The notes below the pieces were generated by a model. It ran no database searches and was not told where the DNA came from. It saw nothing but the letters and a program-made list of their open reading frames with translations. A DNA stretch of 64,000 bases. It comes from a virus. The position numbers were made by a program, and so were the translations under genes. Each line of letters starts with the position of its first letter. The stretch's first letter is position 1. Shown here piece after piece: positions 19,438-28,539 of the stretch. Location: the IMG/VR virus record IMGVR_UViG_3300007639_000002, positions 1 to 64,000 of that record; one strand, 5' to 3'.

Positions 19438-21000
19438 TTACCTAAAAAACGGGTTATCAGCCACCATGATCTGGGGCATCGTGTCCTGAACCGTCATATG
19501 GCAGGCAATAGCAAGACTGTCGGGGTAGTCGTCAAAGGCTCCCTTTTCGTCAGGAGCAGCGGCGAGCATGTACGGGCCACGGTAAACCTTTTCAAGATCA
19601 GACATTTGTTGGTTAAAACGCTTCCACATACGGTTACGTCGTGCCTTAGAGTGTCCCGGAATAATCAACTGATCACGCTGAATCAGTTCAGTTAAGTGAA
19701 CCCACCGCTCATGCTGTGCCTTGGAGTCAGAGGATACCGAAAGTACTTCAATGTCTGGTAGCAATACCTGTAGACGTTCGGCTACCGCACCACCAACACC
19801 CTGTGCGTCTACACCCATGCGTAGAACGTCATAGTTTCTGATGAAGTCAATAATCTGAAAGTATTGGCTTTCCCAGTCCTCGTTGTTAATTTCCATCCAG
19901 TTAAGAATACGGTGCTCGTAGAAGCCAAATGGGTCTGGGTGGTCCCAGTCAACCCATACGGCGGTTACTACCGTGGAGTCATTGGCACGGGCTACGTCCA
20001 CTCCGATAACAACAGGGGTACGCCACCACTGCTTGACCAGCCCCATAGACGGGTCATACATACGCTCCATGCGTTCTTCGGTGACAAACATACCCTTTTC
20101 CAGTACCCACTTGTTGCAGTAGGACATTTGGAATTCGTCAGAGTCTTCCCCAATGCGTAGTTTTTCTTTAGAAATAAACTTGGCATAGTTGTTGTTGTAC
20201 TTAGCGGCAGTGCGCCAGTCATATTCAAAGTGGGCTTGGCGTACCCTACGGCTGTTGATGGTACGTCGTTTGTTGTACTGAATCATTTTGTAGAAGTAGC
20301 ATTTGTTTCTACTAGCCGTACCAGTCAAACAAATAGAACCGTTGTTAAACGCCAACATTGGTTTGATTGACTTGGTAATCATAAACTCGTCGGCTTCTTG
20401 AGCCTCGTCAATAAGAACAAAGTGATAGGTCTTAGATTCAATCTTTGCTTTAGGGTTACAAGTCTGCATACGACAGATAGAGCCTGAGTGCTTGAGGGTA
20501 ATGATGCGACCACGACCACGTGTACCACCGGATGTGGCTTTGTCGTCAATCTCTGGGTCAAGCAGGAAGTCCATTGCATGATCGCTAGTTAACTTACTTA
20601 CAATACGCCCAAACACCGTTTCAGCCTGCTCTTCAACAGGTGCAAACACCCCTACCCAAAAGCCTTTGTCAAACTTACTAAGCCACGTTGGGTATATAGG
20701 TGCCAACTTTGGAAGGATGACCATCATTGAAGCGCATACATTAGAGAGCACTTCAGACTTACCCGACTGACGGGTAGCCACTACAGTTATTTCTTCACCG
20801 TCACCCAAGATGATTGATTCAATAAGACGGTACGCAATAGGTACTTGGTATGGAAAGAGTGTGATATTACAAAACTCTTCCATAAAGATAATCAATCGTT
20901 TTACGAGATTATCAATAAACTCAGCAGAGGTTTCGTCTAACTCTTCTGCTAAATCCGCTTCCGCCTCAGCGTTTTCTATTTGTTCTTCTTCTGTGAGCAC
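19438..21000 (-). CDS. terL: Terminase large subunit
   Basis: Walker A RQSGKS, Walker B LIDEAQ, nuclease GVDVA...DST and DDYPDSLA. Confidence 0.93.
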   Translation of the reverse strand: MLTEEEQIENAEAEADLAEELDETSAEFIDNLVKRLIIFMEEFCNITLFPYQVPIAYRLIESIILGDGEEITVVATRQSGKSEVLSNVCASMMVILPKLAPIYPTWLSKFDKGFWVGVFAPVEEQAETVFGRIVSKLTSDHAMDFLLDPEIDDKATSGGTRGRGRIITLKHSGSICRMQTCNPKAKIESKTYHFVLIDEAQEADEFMITKSIKPMLAFNNGSICLTGTASRNKCYFYKMIQYNKRRTINSRRVRQAHFEYDWRTAAKYNNNYAKFISKEKLRIGEDSDEFQMSYCNKWVLEKGMFVTEERMERMYDPSMGLVKQWWRTPVVIGVDVARANDSTVVTAVWVDWDHPDPFGFYEHRILNWMEINNEDWESQYFQIIDFIRNYDVLRMGVDAQGVGGAVAERLQVLLPDIEVLSVSSDSKAQHERWVHLTELIQRDQLIIPGHSKARRNRMWKRFNQQMSDLEKVYRGPYMLAAAPDEKGAFDDYPDSLAIACHMTVQDTMPQIMVADNPFFR

Positions 21001-21024
21001 GTACTAAGCATACTCCAATAGTAA

Positions 21025-21102
21025 GTGTGAGCACCCGGGAAGGAAAGGGGGACAACCCGGGTGCTCACGGGGCTGCTGGAAAAGAAGGGAAAACCAGCAG
21101 AC
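21025..21102 (-). ncRNA. Candidate two-hairpin sRNA with pyrimidine-rich (anti-SD-like) loops
   Basis: Own TATACT -10 at 21108-21113; perfect 7-bp and 13-bp stems; loops UUUUCCCUUCUUUU and UUGUCCCCCUUUCCUU. Confidence 0.55.
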
Positions 21103-21114
21103 GACTAAGTATAT

Positions 21115-21333
21115 CTAGTGGATGTCTCGCTGTGCAAGTTCATCCCAAACTGAATTAAGAACAGTCAGCGCTTCTGACACTTCTTCTTTAGGACCATCTT
21201 TAAACCGCCACTTATCAAATGACGCTGCAAAGTTCATGATGGTGGAATCCATCCAAGGGGTAAGCGCTGACGTTTCCATTTTTGCAATACGGTTATCCGC
21301 TTTTGCTTTTAACTCTTTGTTAAAAAACCTCAT
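21115..21333 (-). CDS. Hypothetical protein
   Basis: 72-aa ORF coupled by TAATG. Confidence 0.6.
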   Translation of the reverse strand: MRFFNKELKAKADNRIAKMETSALTPWMDSTIMNFAASFDKWRFKDGPKEEVSEALTVLNSVWDELAQRDIH

Positions 21334-21917
21334 TACCAGTTTCCAATTTCACTAGGGGTGTCATCAGTAAACCTACCCTGAATAGCGGCGAGTACGCCAG
21401 TCTCATCAGTCAACTGTTGCCTCTTACAAAAGCCAATTTGAAGGGTGTATTTGAAAGCCCGCACTTGGATACCTTTACCGTGCCTCCAAGGTGGGTTTAT
21501 TTCTTTCATAAACCCTGTAGCAATTAAAGGGGTATTAGCAGGAACGTAGTCTCGTACTATTAAATAAACTCTGCCTACAGCCTGCACGGTGTTTAATGTG
21601 TTTTTAAAAAGAAAATAAGAAAAAAACAAAACAAAATACGTAAAGTACAAACCTTTAAAGCCGTGTACAACGGTCAAGATTAAGGTGGTTAATACAGTTA
21701 AAACAAAACCAACTAAAGGTGTGTACGCTTTACTCAGGGAAAGCGTCTGCTCCACCCAGTTTCGTGTAGTTATACCTATCCAATGACTTATGAACATACG
21801 CTCCCTTTGAATTGCTTCTTGAGAAGTCGTGGTATATAGCGAGTGGGACGTTTTCATATTTGTAGACATCTGGTCCTTTTGGTCTTCCATTTTTTCTAGT
21901 TCCCTCAAATAGTACAT
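21333..21917 (-). CDS. Membrane protein (true start probably near 21730)
   Basis: Two TM segments; listed N-terminus overlaps the KTSC gene. Confidence 0.5.
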   Translation of the reverse strand: MYYLRELEKMEDQKDQMSTNMKTSHSLYTTTSQEAIQRERMFISHWIGITTRNWVEQTLSLSKAYTPLVGFVLTVLTTLILTVVHGFKGLYFTYFVLFFSYFLFKNTLNTVQAVGRVYLIVRDYVPANTPLIATGFMKEINPPWRHGKGIQVRAFKYTLQIGFCKRQQLTDETGVLAAIQGRFTDDTPSEIGNW

Positions 21918-22212
21918 AAACAGTACCCAAGTTATTTGAGGTAGGGATTAAAGTATTAATTCCACCTTTAGGAATAAATTTATGTTTAGTAAGGCGGGTG
22001 CTGAACTGAGGTCCTTTTCCATAGTTCTCAGGTACTTCTACTAAAGAATTTACGTCTTCTGTGTTTGTTTGGTAGAGGTCGGCAATTGTCTTAGTACGGC
22101 TGATAACTTTTTGAGTTACCTCATCCGGAATAGCCCAAGGGAAAGCAGCACCTTCATTGTAGTCTACGTTACCTTTACCCCTGTTGGGACCAAGCCCACC
22201 TTTTCTAGCCAT
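21730..22212 (-). CDS. KTSC-domain protein
   Basis: YKYENVP...Y..F..SNSKGAYV KTSC signature. Confidence 0.7.
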   Translation of the reverse strand: MARKGGLGPNRGKGNVDYNEGAAFPWAIPDEVTQKVISRTKTIADLYQTNTEDVNSLVEVPENYGKGPQFSTRLTKHKFIPKGGINTLIPTSNNLGTVYVLFEGTRKNGRPKGPDVYKYENVPLAIYHDFSRSNSKGAYVHKSLDRYNYTKLGGADAFPE

Positions 22213-22336
22213 TACCTACCTGTTGGGATTGCTGTGAGTTAAGTGCTTTTAAAACTGCCAACTCTACATTGAGTCGTGCAATTTCATTAGTAAGGTGCTG
22301 AATGACCTGTTGTAGGTCTACTTGCTGGTCTTCCAT
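22205..22336 (-). CDS. Small coiled-coil protein (43 aa)
   Basis: Hand-translated MEDQQVDLQQVIQHLTNEIARL..., AAAGGA SD. Confidence 0.5.
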   Translation of the reverse strand: MEDQQVDLQQVIQHLTNEIARLNVELAVLKALNSQQSQQVGNG

Positions 22337-22346
22337 TTGATGTCCT

Positions 22347-22904
22347 TTAGGCTGGTTTTAATGCTGGTGGCACTTTATCAGCAATGGCGTACTGCCAGTG
22401 CCATGCTTCAAACTCTGCTGACGTAGGGTCAGAGCCTTGAAGGTAGAAGCCGTATTTAGGACCATTGGTGCACATCCACTTAAGCATCTTAGGGTGTGCC
22501 GAAAGGCTTTCAATCTTGCCCTTGATCTCTACACCAAGGTCAATAGCAAGACCCCATCCGTGATTTGACTTGCCGGGAGTTGAGCAGGGGGCCATGCCGG
22601 GCTTGAGGTACCAAGTAGCACCTTCATAGGTACGGGTTACTTGTGGCTTGCGACCTTTGTCTTCTTTGGAGTAACGCTCAAGAAACAATTTTAATGCTGG
22701 CTCAAGTGGGCGGTAGTCACCAATGTTCTTAAGTTCAATACCAGCGGCTAAAGCAGCGTCGTACATGGCATTGAAAGACTTAGCGGCGGTAATCCACATT
22801 TGACCACCACATTTTACTTTTGCAAGTAAAGCGGCATCCATTTTACCGTTAGGCACTTTTGCAAGTGAGGGGGGCATGACCAGTTTGATGTAAGGATATT
22901 CCAT
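22347..22904 (-). CDS. Endolysin, M15B (VanY-like) peptidase
   Basis: YR, SNHGWGLAIDL and EAWHWQY motifs. Confidence 0.85.
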   Translation of the reverse strand: MEYPYIKLVMPPSLAKVPNGKMDAALLAKVKCGGQMWITAAKSFNAMYDAALAAGIELKNIGDYRPLEPALKLFLERYSKEDKGRKPQVTRTYEGATWYLKPGMAPCSTPGKSNHGWGLAIDLGVEIKGKIESLSAHPKMLKWMCTNGPKYGFYLQGSDPTSAEFEAWHWQYAIADKVPPALKPA

Positions 22905-22913
22905 GCACCCAGT

Positions 22914-23972
22914 TTAGCGCAGTTCGTACCAGCCAGCGCCCCACAAAGACAACAACCGATTGAAGTATTTGTCATACATCATGGCAACCGTATCTAAACC
23001 GTATCGTTCCTTGGCGTACTTACTAATGGCTTTACGGTCAAGGGTTTTGACGTTCTCAGCGGCATCCACAAACTCTTGCAGAGAATGGCACCTAAAACCC
23101 GTTACGCCGTCAATGACCGTTTCCGTGAATGCACCCCAGTCGGTAGATATAACTGGGGAGCCACATGCCATAGCCTCAATAGCAACAGTGCCAAAAGGCT
23201 CAACATAAAGAGTTGGGGTAAATGTGGCGATAGCACCACCCATTAACTTGGCCCGCTCCTCTGTACCCACCACACCGACGTATTCACCGTATTCTGGGGG
23301 AATGCCCTGCCCAGCGATGATTAGGCGCTTACCGAGCAATTTACATACGTCTACGGCAATCTGGTACCCCTTACGGTCAATCAGACGACCAATGTACAAA
23401 TAGTAGTCATCAGATGTTTCCTGTAGCGGGAAGTCTTTAACGTCAATGTAACTTGGGATTACGGTGTCAAAGAACTTGCCGTCAAGGGCGTGGGGGTCAG
23501 TTACCTTAGATCCATAGCAGGAGTGCATCCACGCATAAGACTCAAACACTTTGTAGTCTGCAAATGAACCACCATACCCAATACCAAACTCTACGCTGAG
23601 CGCTTGAGGGAATGCGTCTGCAATAGGTTTAGAAGCATAACCTGTAATTAGGCAAATAAAGTCTTGTTGTTCAAGGCGTTTGCCAATCTCCCTAATCGCA
23701 TTACCATTAAATGTCTGCCAGTGAGGAAGATTCCAGTCAAAAGAAGCCGCTGAGTAATGGTTACTACCAACTGCCTCTAAACGCTGTTCTTCAGTAATGC
23801 ACGTAATCCATTCGTCACATGGCGCTTCATTGGATGAGCCTGCGTACAAGTACACAGTGTGCCCAAGGCTCTTCATCATGATGCAGAACTTACGGACTTT
23901 CTCTGTGTAGGCACAGGCCGTGAATTCTTCTGTTGTATTTGTGTGGGGAAGGCTAACTACGTGAAAACGCAC
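22914..23972 (-). CDS. GT4-type (GT-B) glycosyltransferase
   Basis: GRL..RKG and EPFGTVAIEAMACGSPVI motifs. Confidence 0.9.
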   Translation of the reverse strand: MRFHVVSLPHTNTTEEFTACAYTEKVRKFCIMMKSLGHTVYLYAGSSNEAPCDEWITCITEEQRLEAVGSNHYSAASFDWNLPHWQTFNGNAIREIGKRLEQQDFICLITGYASKPIADAFPQALSVEFGIGYGGSFADYKVFESYAWMHSCYGSKVTDPHALDGKFFDTVIPSYIDVKDFPLQETSDDYYLYIGRLIDRKGYQIAVDVCKLLGKRLIIAGQGIPPEYGEYVGVVGTEERAKLMGGAIATFTPTLYVEPFGTVAIEAMACGSPVISTDWGAFTETVIDGVTGFRCHSLQEFVDAAENVKTLDRKAISKYAKERYGLDTVAMMYDKYFNRLLSLWGAGWYELR

Positions 23973-24317
23973 TTAGAACCACCAGAAGTGTTTAAGGATT
24001 GAAAGTGATGCAAGTACAACCCAAGCGCAGTTAAACAAAATGATTGTTGGAAGTGTTTTACGGGTTGAAGTCCAAATAAGAGCAACGCTTGAGATAATGG
24101 CAAAGATGTAGAGCCACCAGAATTGTTTGCCAAGAAGTAGACCGGGAAAGATAATTGCAATCTTGGTAGCAAATCCCCACGCCTCTACTGTGTTTACCTT
24201 GTTCCAGTACTTCTTGGAACTCATGGTCTTGACAGCGTTAAATACCTTGTTGTCCATTTTTGGTTTCTTAATAAACGGTTTGTAAGTTTCCCCAAGTAAG
24301 GGGGATAAGTCTTCCAT
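23973..24317 (-). CDS. Multi-pass membrane protein
   Basis: Three hydrophobic helices. Confidence 0.6.
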   Translation of the reverse strand: MEDLSPLLGETYKPFIKKPKMDNKVFNAVKTMSSKKYWNKVNTVEAWGFATKIAIIFPGLLLGKQFWWLYIFAIISSVALIWTSTRKTLPTIILFNCAWVVLASLSILKHFWWF

Positions 24318-24991
24318 TAAAAGCGTTCCTCAAGTTTTTTAAGTGGGTACTGGTCCATCTTTGCAGAGAACCATTCCTTCATAGCATTTGAAATGTTTGG
24401 AAACTCGGTAGGGCGTGTTCTAGCATTTAGGTCACCCTTGAGATATCTAAACACATGCATGTCTGGCATGTTCTCTATTTCTTGATACAACTCTGACGGC
24501 ATCTCCATGACTTCAAAGAAGCGTTTGGAGTGGGTTGCAATTGCTTGGGTATTGTTCCAAGGCTCTTCGGTAACTTTTGACCATTCATATGTCAAGCGGA
24601 GCCACTCTCCAAGGCTCTTTGCCAACCATGTCTGTGTCTCCATAGGTGGATTATGCGTTTCCATCTCTGGTGCAGGTGTACCTAAGTTGCCAAACACCCC
24701 GTCCTCTTTGTACAACTCAAAGTACATTACAAAGAAATCAGGAGCAGCGTCTATTAATTCTTTGTTATTGCCTACGTTTGGTAGGGCAAACCATGTTGCA
24801 CCAAAGTGTGTCTTTGTTTCTGGGTTCCATGCAAACCCTACTGGCGCATAGTTCAAGTTGTCACAACGACCAGCCTGAGCAGCAAACTTGCTTTCGTCTA
24901 CAAAAACAGCCCGTGCAAGAGCAAACAATCCATGATTGTTGACATCAAAAGGTTTAAAAACTTTAGTCTCTTTAAAAGAATCGCTTACCAT
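24317..24991 (-). CDS. Hypothetical protein
   Basis: Coupled ORF in modification cluster. Confidence 0.6.
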   Translation of the reverse strand: MVSDSFKETKVFKPFDVNNHGLFALARAVFVDESKFAAQAGRCDNLNYAPVGFAWNPETKTHFGATWFALPNVGNNKELIDAAPDFFVMYFELYKEDGVFGNLGTPAPEMETHNPPMETQTWLAKSLGEWLRLTYEWSKVTEEPWNNTQAIATHSKRFFEVMEMPSELYQEIENMPDMHVFRYLKGDLNARTRPTEFPNISNAMKEWFSAKMDQYPLKKLEERF

Positions 24992-25790
24992 TTTTTAATT
25001 TACTCCAAAAACTAGACTGTTCTTCCTCTTCAATTCTATCGTCAACAACTTTTACGTATCGCCTGTATGGGGCGGCAGTACCAATCGCAGGGATTGGTTG
25101 CAGCGGAGAATCCCCAAAACCTCTTCCAGATGAGAGTAAGTAATCATCCGTTGTACCCGTCACTATCTTTTCAAAATCTTTATTCCTTTTTATAGGAATA
25201 AGGTGAGCAATTGGCGTGCCGTACTTAATGTTAAAAGAGTTACCAGTAGTAATATTCAACACTACATTCATTGTGTGGTACACATCAGTATGCACAATGC
25301 TTGGGACTATCGTGTAGTTGGGATTTGGGTCAAATAGTGGAGGAAGTATCAAAGTAGACCATCCCGGAGCGGTACGCACCATGAACGGGTTTACTAATTT
25401 TGGGTAACCTGCGTCTTCTATTTCCCGAACGCTGGTCATAGGGCATTTACCAGTGGACTCAAAAGTAAATGGTTCATTTGAAAAGAAATTGCCAAAGGGC
25501 AGGTTTTCCATTTCAACACTCCACTTCAACTCTATATTTGGGTTGGGTGTGAAGTAAGCGTTTGACCAGAAGGGAAGCGTTGCCCCAAGAGACAAGTAGT
25601 CTAATGTCCCAGCACATCTGCGAATAGACCCTTGTTGTTTTGATGAGTTTTTAAACCAGTCCGGCAACGTCTTATGGGTATTTATGTAAGGGGATGCCTC
25701 TAGTAAACGCTCATCCCTTGGCATGATGAGTAGTTCACCTTCTTTTGGTTGATAAACATTTTTGTATAATCTGTGTTTTTTCTTAGTCAT
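24972..25790 (-). CDS. Hypothetical protein (possible beta-clip-like fold)
   Basis: PDWFK, RRC and KYGTPIAHLIP motifs. Confidence 0.5.
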   Translation of the reverse strand: MTKKKHRLYKNVYQPKEGELLIMPRDERLLEASPYINTHKTLPDWFKNSSKQQGSIRRCAGTLDYLSLGATLPFWSNAYFTPNPNIELKWSVEMENLPFGNFFSNEPFTFESTGKCPMTSVREIEDAGYPKLVNPFMVRTAPGWSTLILPPLFDPNPNYTIVPSIVHTDVYHTMNVVLNITTGNSFNIKYGTPIAHLIPIKRNKDFEKIVTGTTDDYLLSSGRGFGDSPLQPIPAIGTAAPYRRYVKVVDDRIEEEEQSSFWSKLKNGKRFF

Positions 25791-27270
25791 ACCTAGTTAA
25801 GTTTCTAAGAGATTCCGCATGATCTACCAATTCGTGGTTATTGCGTCCTGAGGATTTATCATACATATCTTTTTTAACAATATTACGAATACCTAGACGA
25901 TCTATTGCTCTAGTTGTAGATTGTATGTTAAGCACATTTTGTCCTTGTGCAACATGTATAAAATGACCAGACGAGAACAACCCGTAAAAACTACCAAAGT
26001 CGTCGTAACGCATAGGTGGTCTTTCAGACCACAAATCAAGCATTTCTTGTAGTGTGTCGTTTATTGGCATTTCCGATACTGCTTGCCAAAATGGTGTGTC
26101 TCGCCTATCACTGATGTAATGAAGACGAATCATTGTCAGCAAGTTATCCATAACACTGGACATCGCTTTGTTGTATTGCTTTTGTGAGTGCTTATAAGTA
26201 GGAGTATAACTTGCTAAATAAGGAATTAAAGCCTTTATTTGTTGGATAGTACTGCCAATGGATGTGGCCTCTAAAGGTTCCACAAATGACGAGGCAAGCC
26301 CCACAGCACAGCAGTTGTTAACCCAAGGTTTCTTTAAGTATCCGGGGTCAAACTTAAAGTGACGGTGTTTATCAAAAGAATAACCTGTTAGGTTAGATAA
26401 CTCTTCTGCTGCCTTATCCTCATCCATAAATTGTGAAGAGAATACATAGCCATTGCCACGTCGTTCCTGTGTAGGAATCTCCCACGCCCAACCTGAAGAC
26501 ATTGCCCGTGCTCTAGTGTATGGGCGTATTTGGTTAGAGGGGTCTGACTCTGTTGGGCCAGCAATAGCCGAGTCACAGAGTAAGTATTTACTAAACGACT
26601 CCCAATCGGTGTTTCCTATATGGGTCATTAGTACTTTGGAAAAACCGCTTGCATCAATCCAGAAGTCGCCAGATAAAGAGCCGTGAGTCTCCAGTACAAC
26701 AGATTCAATGTTTCCGGTCTCAGGGTTCTGCACCACGGACAGAACATCGTCGTCCATTAATTTTATGCCTCTCTCAAAGCATAAAGATTCAAAATAATTA
26801 TTTAATTTAAAAGTATCAAAATGAAATTGATTTGTATTTTCATGCAGGTTTACACGACGAATCTTATTTTCTGTCAAACCAGCAGACGTGGTTTGTATGG
26901 TTAATAGTTTTTCACGTTCTATAAACCCCATATAAGTTGGGTAAAGACCATAAGCAAAAATGGTCTCATCACCAGAAACGCTATGGAAGTAATCAGGGGT
27001 TTGACGTGTCCAATTTTCAAAACGAATCCCGTATTTGTGAGTAGCGTCTGTGCGTACTAATAATTCTTCAGTTGGTATCTCACAAATACGCATGAATTCA
27101 CGCCAGTGCTCAGTAGAGCCTTCGCCCACCCCTATTATCCCTACTTTTTTAGAAGAGACAACAGTAATGGATGAGTTTGAAAAGGCTTTTTGCAGAGATA
27201 ACGCAGAGATTAGACCAGCAGTTCCAGAACCAATTATGACAATATTTAAGTTGCTATTCATCTGTACCAC
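25783..27270 (-). CDS. Flavin-dependent tryptophan halogenase family protein (PrnA-like)
   Basis: GSGTAG, IGVGEGS, K in ATHKYGI, GWAWEIP and FVEPLEATSI motifs. Confidence 0.9.
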   Translation of the reverse strand: MVQMNSNLNIVIIGSGTAGLISALSLQKAFSNSSITVVSSKKVGIIGVGEGSTEHWREFMRICEIPTEELLVRTDATHKYGIRFENWTRQTPDYFHSVSGDETIFAYGLYPTYMGFIEREKLLTIQTTSAGLTENKIRRVNLHENTNQFHFDTFKLNNYFESLCFERGIKLMDDDVLSVVQNPETGNIESVVLETHGSLSGDFWIDASGFSKVLMTHIGNTDWESFSKYLLCDSAIAGPTESDPSNQIRPYTRARAMSSGWAWEIPTQERRGNGYVFSSQFMDEDKAAEELSNLTGYSFDKHRHFKFDPGYLKKPWVNNCCAVGLASSFVEPLEATSIGSTIQQIKALIPYLASYTPTYKHSQKQYNKAMSSVMDNLLTMIRLHYISDRRDTPFWQAVSEMPINDTLQEMLDLWSERPPMRYDDFGSFYGLFSSGHFIHVAQGQNVLNIQSTTRAIDRLGIRNIVKKDMYDKSSGRNNHELVDHAESLRNLTRYD

Positions 27271-27854
27271 GTTACTAAAGAGTATTTAACCCCGTCAACC
27301 ACGGGATTGGCGTAGTGGGTGTAGGGGTAAGAGGACGGAAATATAAGAACAGAGTTTTCTTCTGCCTTTATAGTTGTATTAAAGTACGGCAATTCTAAAT
27401 CTCCCCCAGTTGATGTGTTTTTAAGATACGCAACAATGCTAAACACCCTGTGCATGTCAGGACCATAATCGTAATGGCTTCTGTAGTGTGCACCTGCCGA
27501 ATACTTTAACAAATTAAAAGGTTCATGTAGCCCATGATGTACTGTGTACTGCTCGCAGTAATCATTGACACACTCATATATTTTATTTCTAATTTCCTGC
27601 GTAAATAAACTTTTTACAGGAGAGTCTTGTCTAGGGTCCATGAATAGATCAAGATGGCAGGCAAGAGATGACCTATAGTCGGAAAGACTGCCATTTCCAG
27701 TAAAAGAGTCATCCCAGTACAGACCCCCAGTGCTGTCGGAGCACTCTTGCTCTATGGCATCAATAAAAGTTGAAACGGCTTTTAGATTAAAAACGTCAGT
27801 ATATATATTTACAGCAGGAACTGGGGTACTAACTGTATTTGGTGCTGATGGCAT
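27258..27854 (-). CDS. 2OG-Fe(II) oxygenase (prolyl-4-hydroxylase-like)
   Basis: HYD, GGDLE, FPS..PYTH and KYSLVTW motifs. Confidence 0.88.
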   Translation of the reverse strand: MPSAPNTVSTPVPAVNIYTDVFNLKAVSTFIDAIEQECSDSTGGLYWDDSFTGNGSLSDYRSSLACHLDLFMDPRQDSPVKSLFTQEIRNKIYECVNDYCEQYTVHHGLHEPFNLLKYSAGAHYRSHYDYGPDMHRVFSIVAYLKNTSTGGDLELPYFNTTIKAEENSVLIFPSSYPYTHYANPVVDGVKYSLVTWYR

Positions 27855-28260
27855 TTATGTCTTCTTCTCCTACTACATTTTGTTTATTTTTTAAAACAAC
27901 ATGCCATCTTCCCAACAGCGGGAGCCTAGCAATATACTTTACATAGCGTTTTTCAACCAAAACAGGGGTACCCTCAACTACGGTACCATCTTCAGACGTA
28001 TATATACAAGACAAATTCTTTATATCAAAATCTTCAAAAAAGGTGCATGACACTGAGTGTGCTTTGTGGACAACTGCTTTTGTGTAAGTTTCAAATGCAA
28101 TAAGTAGGTTTGTATTGATAATTTGAACTTTTGTTCTATCAAAGTTTAAATTAACAGTTTGAGAAGAGTCCCCAACGAGAATGGGAAGTTTTAATTCCTT
28201 TGCTAGTTTTTCAGCCTCTTCTAAACAGTTTTCAGAAGGACAATAGACTAGGCGACTCAT
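27829..28260 (-). CDS. Hypothetical protein
   Basis: Packed ORF. Confidence 0.55.
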   Translation of the reverse strand: MSRLVYCPSENCLEEAEKLAKELKLPILVGDSSQTVNLNFDRTKVQIINTNLLIAFETYTKAVVHKAHSVSCTFFEDFDIKNLSCIYTSEDGTVVEGTPVLVEKRYVKYIARLPLLGRWHVVLKNKQNVVGEEDINAISTKYS

Positions 28261-28261
28261 T

Positions 28262-28531
28262 TTAACTATTTAATGTTTGTATCTGCTCAGTCAATGCTTT
28301 GTGTCTTTGGCACATATCATATAGGTTTTGCTTGTCACCATAATTAGAATGTATTGCAATTACTGTAGGATCAAAGGTTAATGACGGGTCTGGATACGTG
28401 TTGGGGTCAAAAGTCTCGGGGTCTATAGCAAGAATACTGCACAGTCTATAAAGTTCACGAGTTACGGAGTCCTTCATAGAAGTTGCAATAGTCAGTTTTT
28501 CTGCATTTGAAAGGTTTGCAAAAATGGTCAT
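28262..28531 (-). CDS. Hypothetical protein (possible fibre chaperone)
   Basis: Directly downstream of fibre gene, GGAG SD. Confidence 0.5.
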   Translation of the reverse strand: MTIFANLSNAEKLTIATSMKDSVTRELYRLCSILAIDPETFDPNTYPDPSLTFDPTVIAIHSNYGDKQNLYDMCQRHKALTEQIQTLNS

Positions 28532-28539
28532 TAAGTCTC

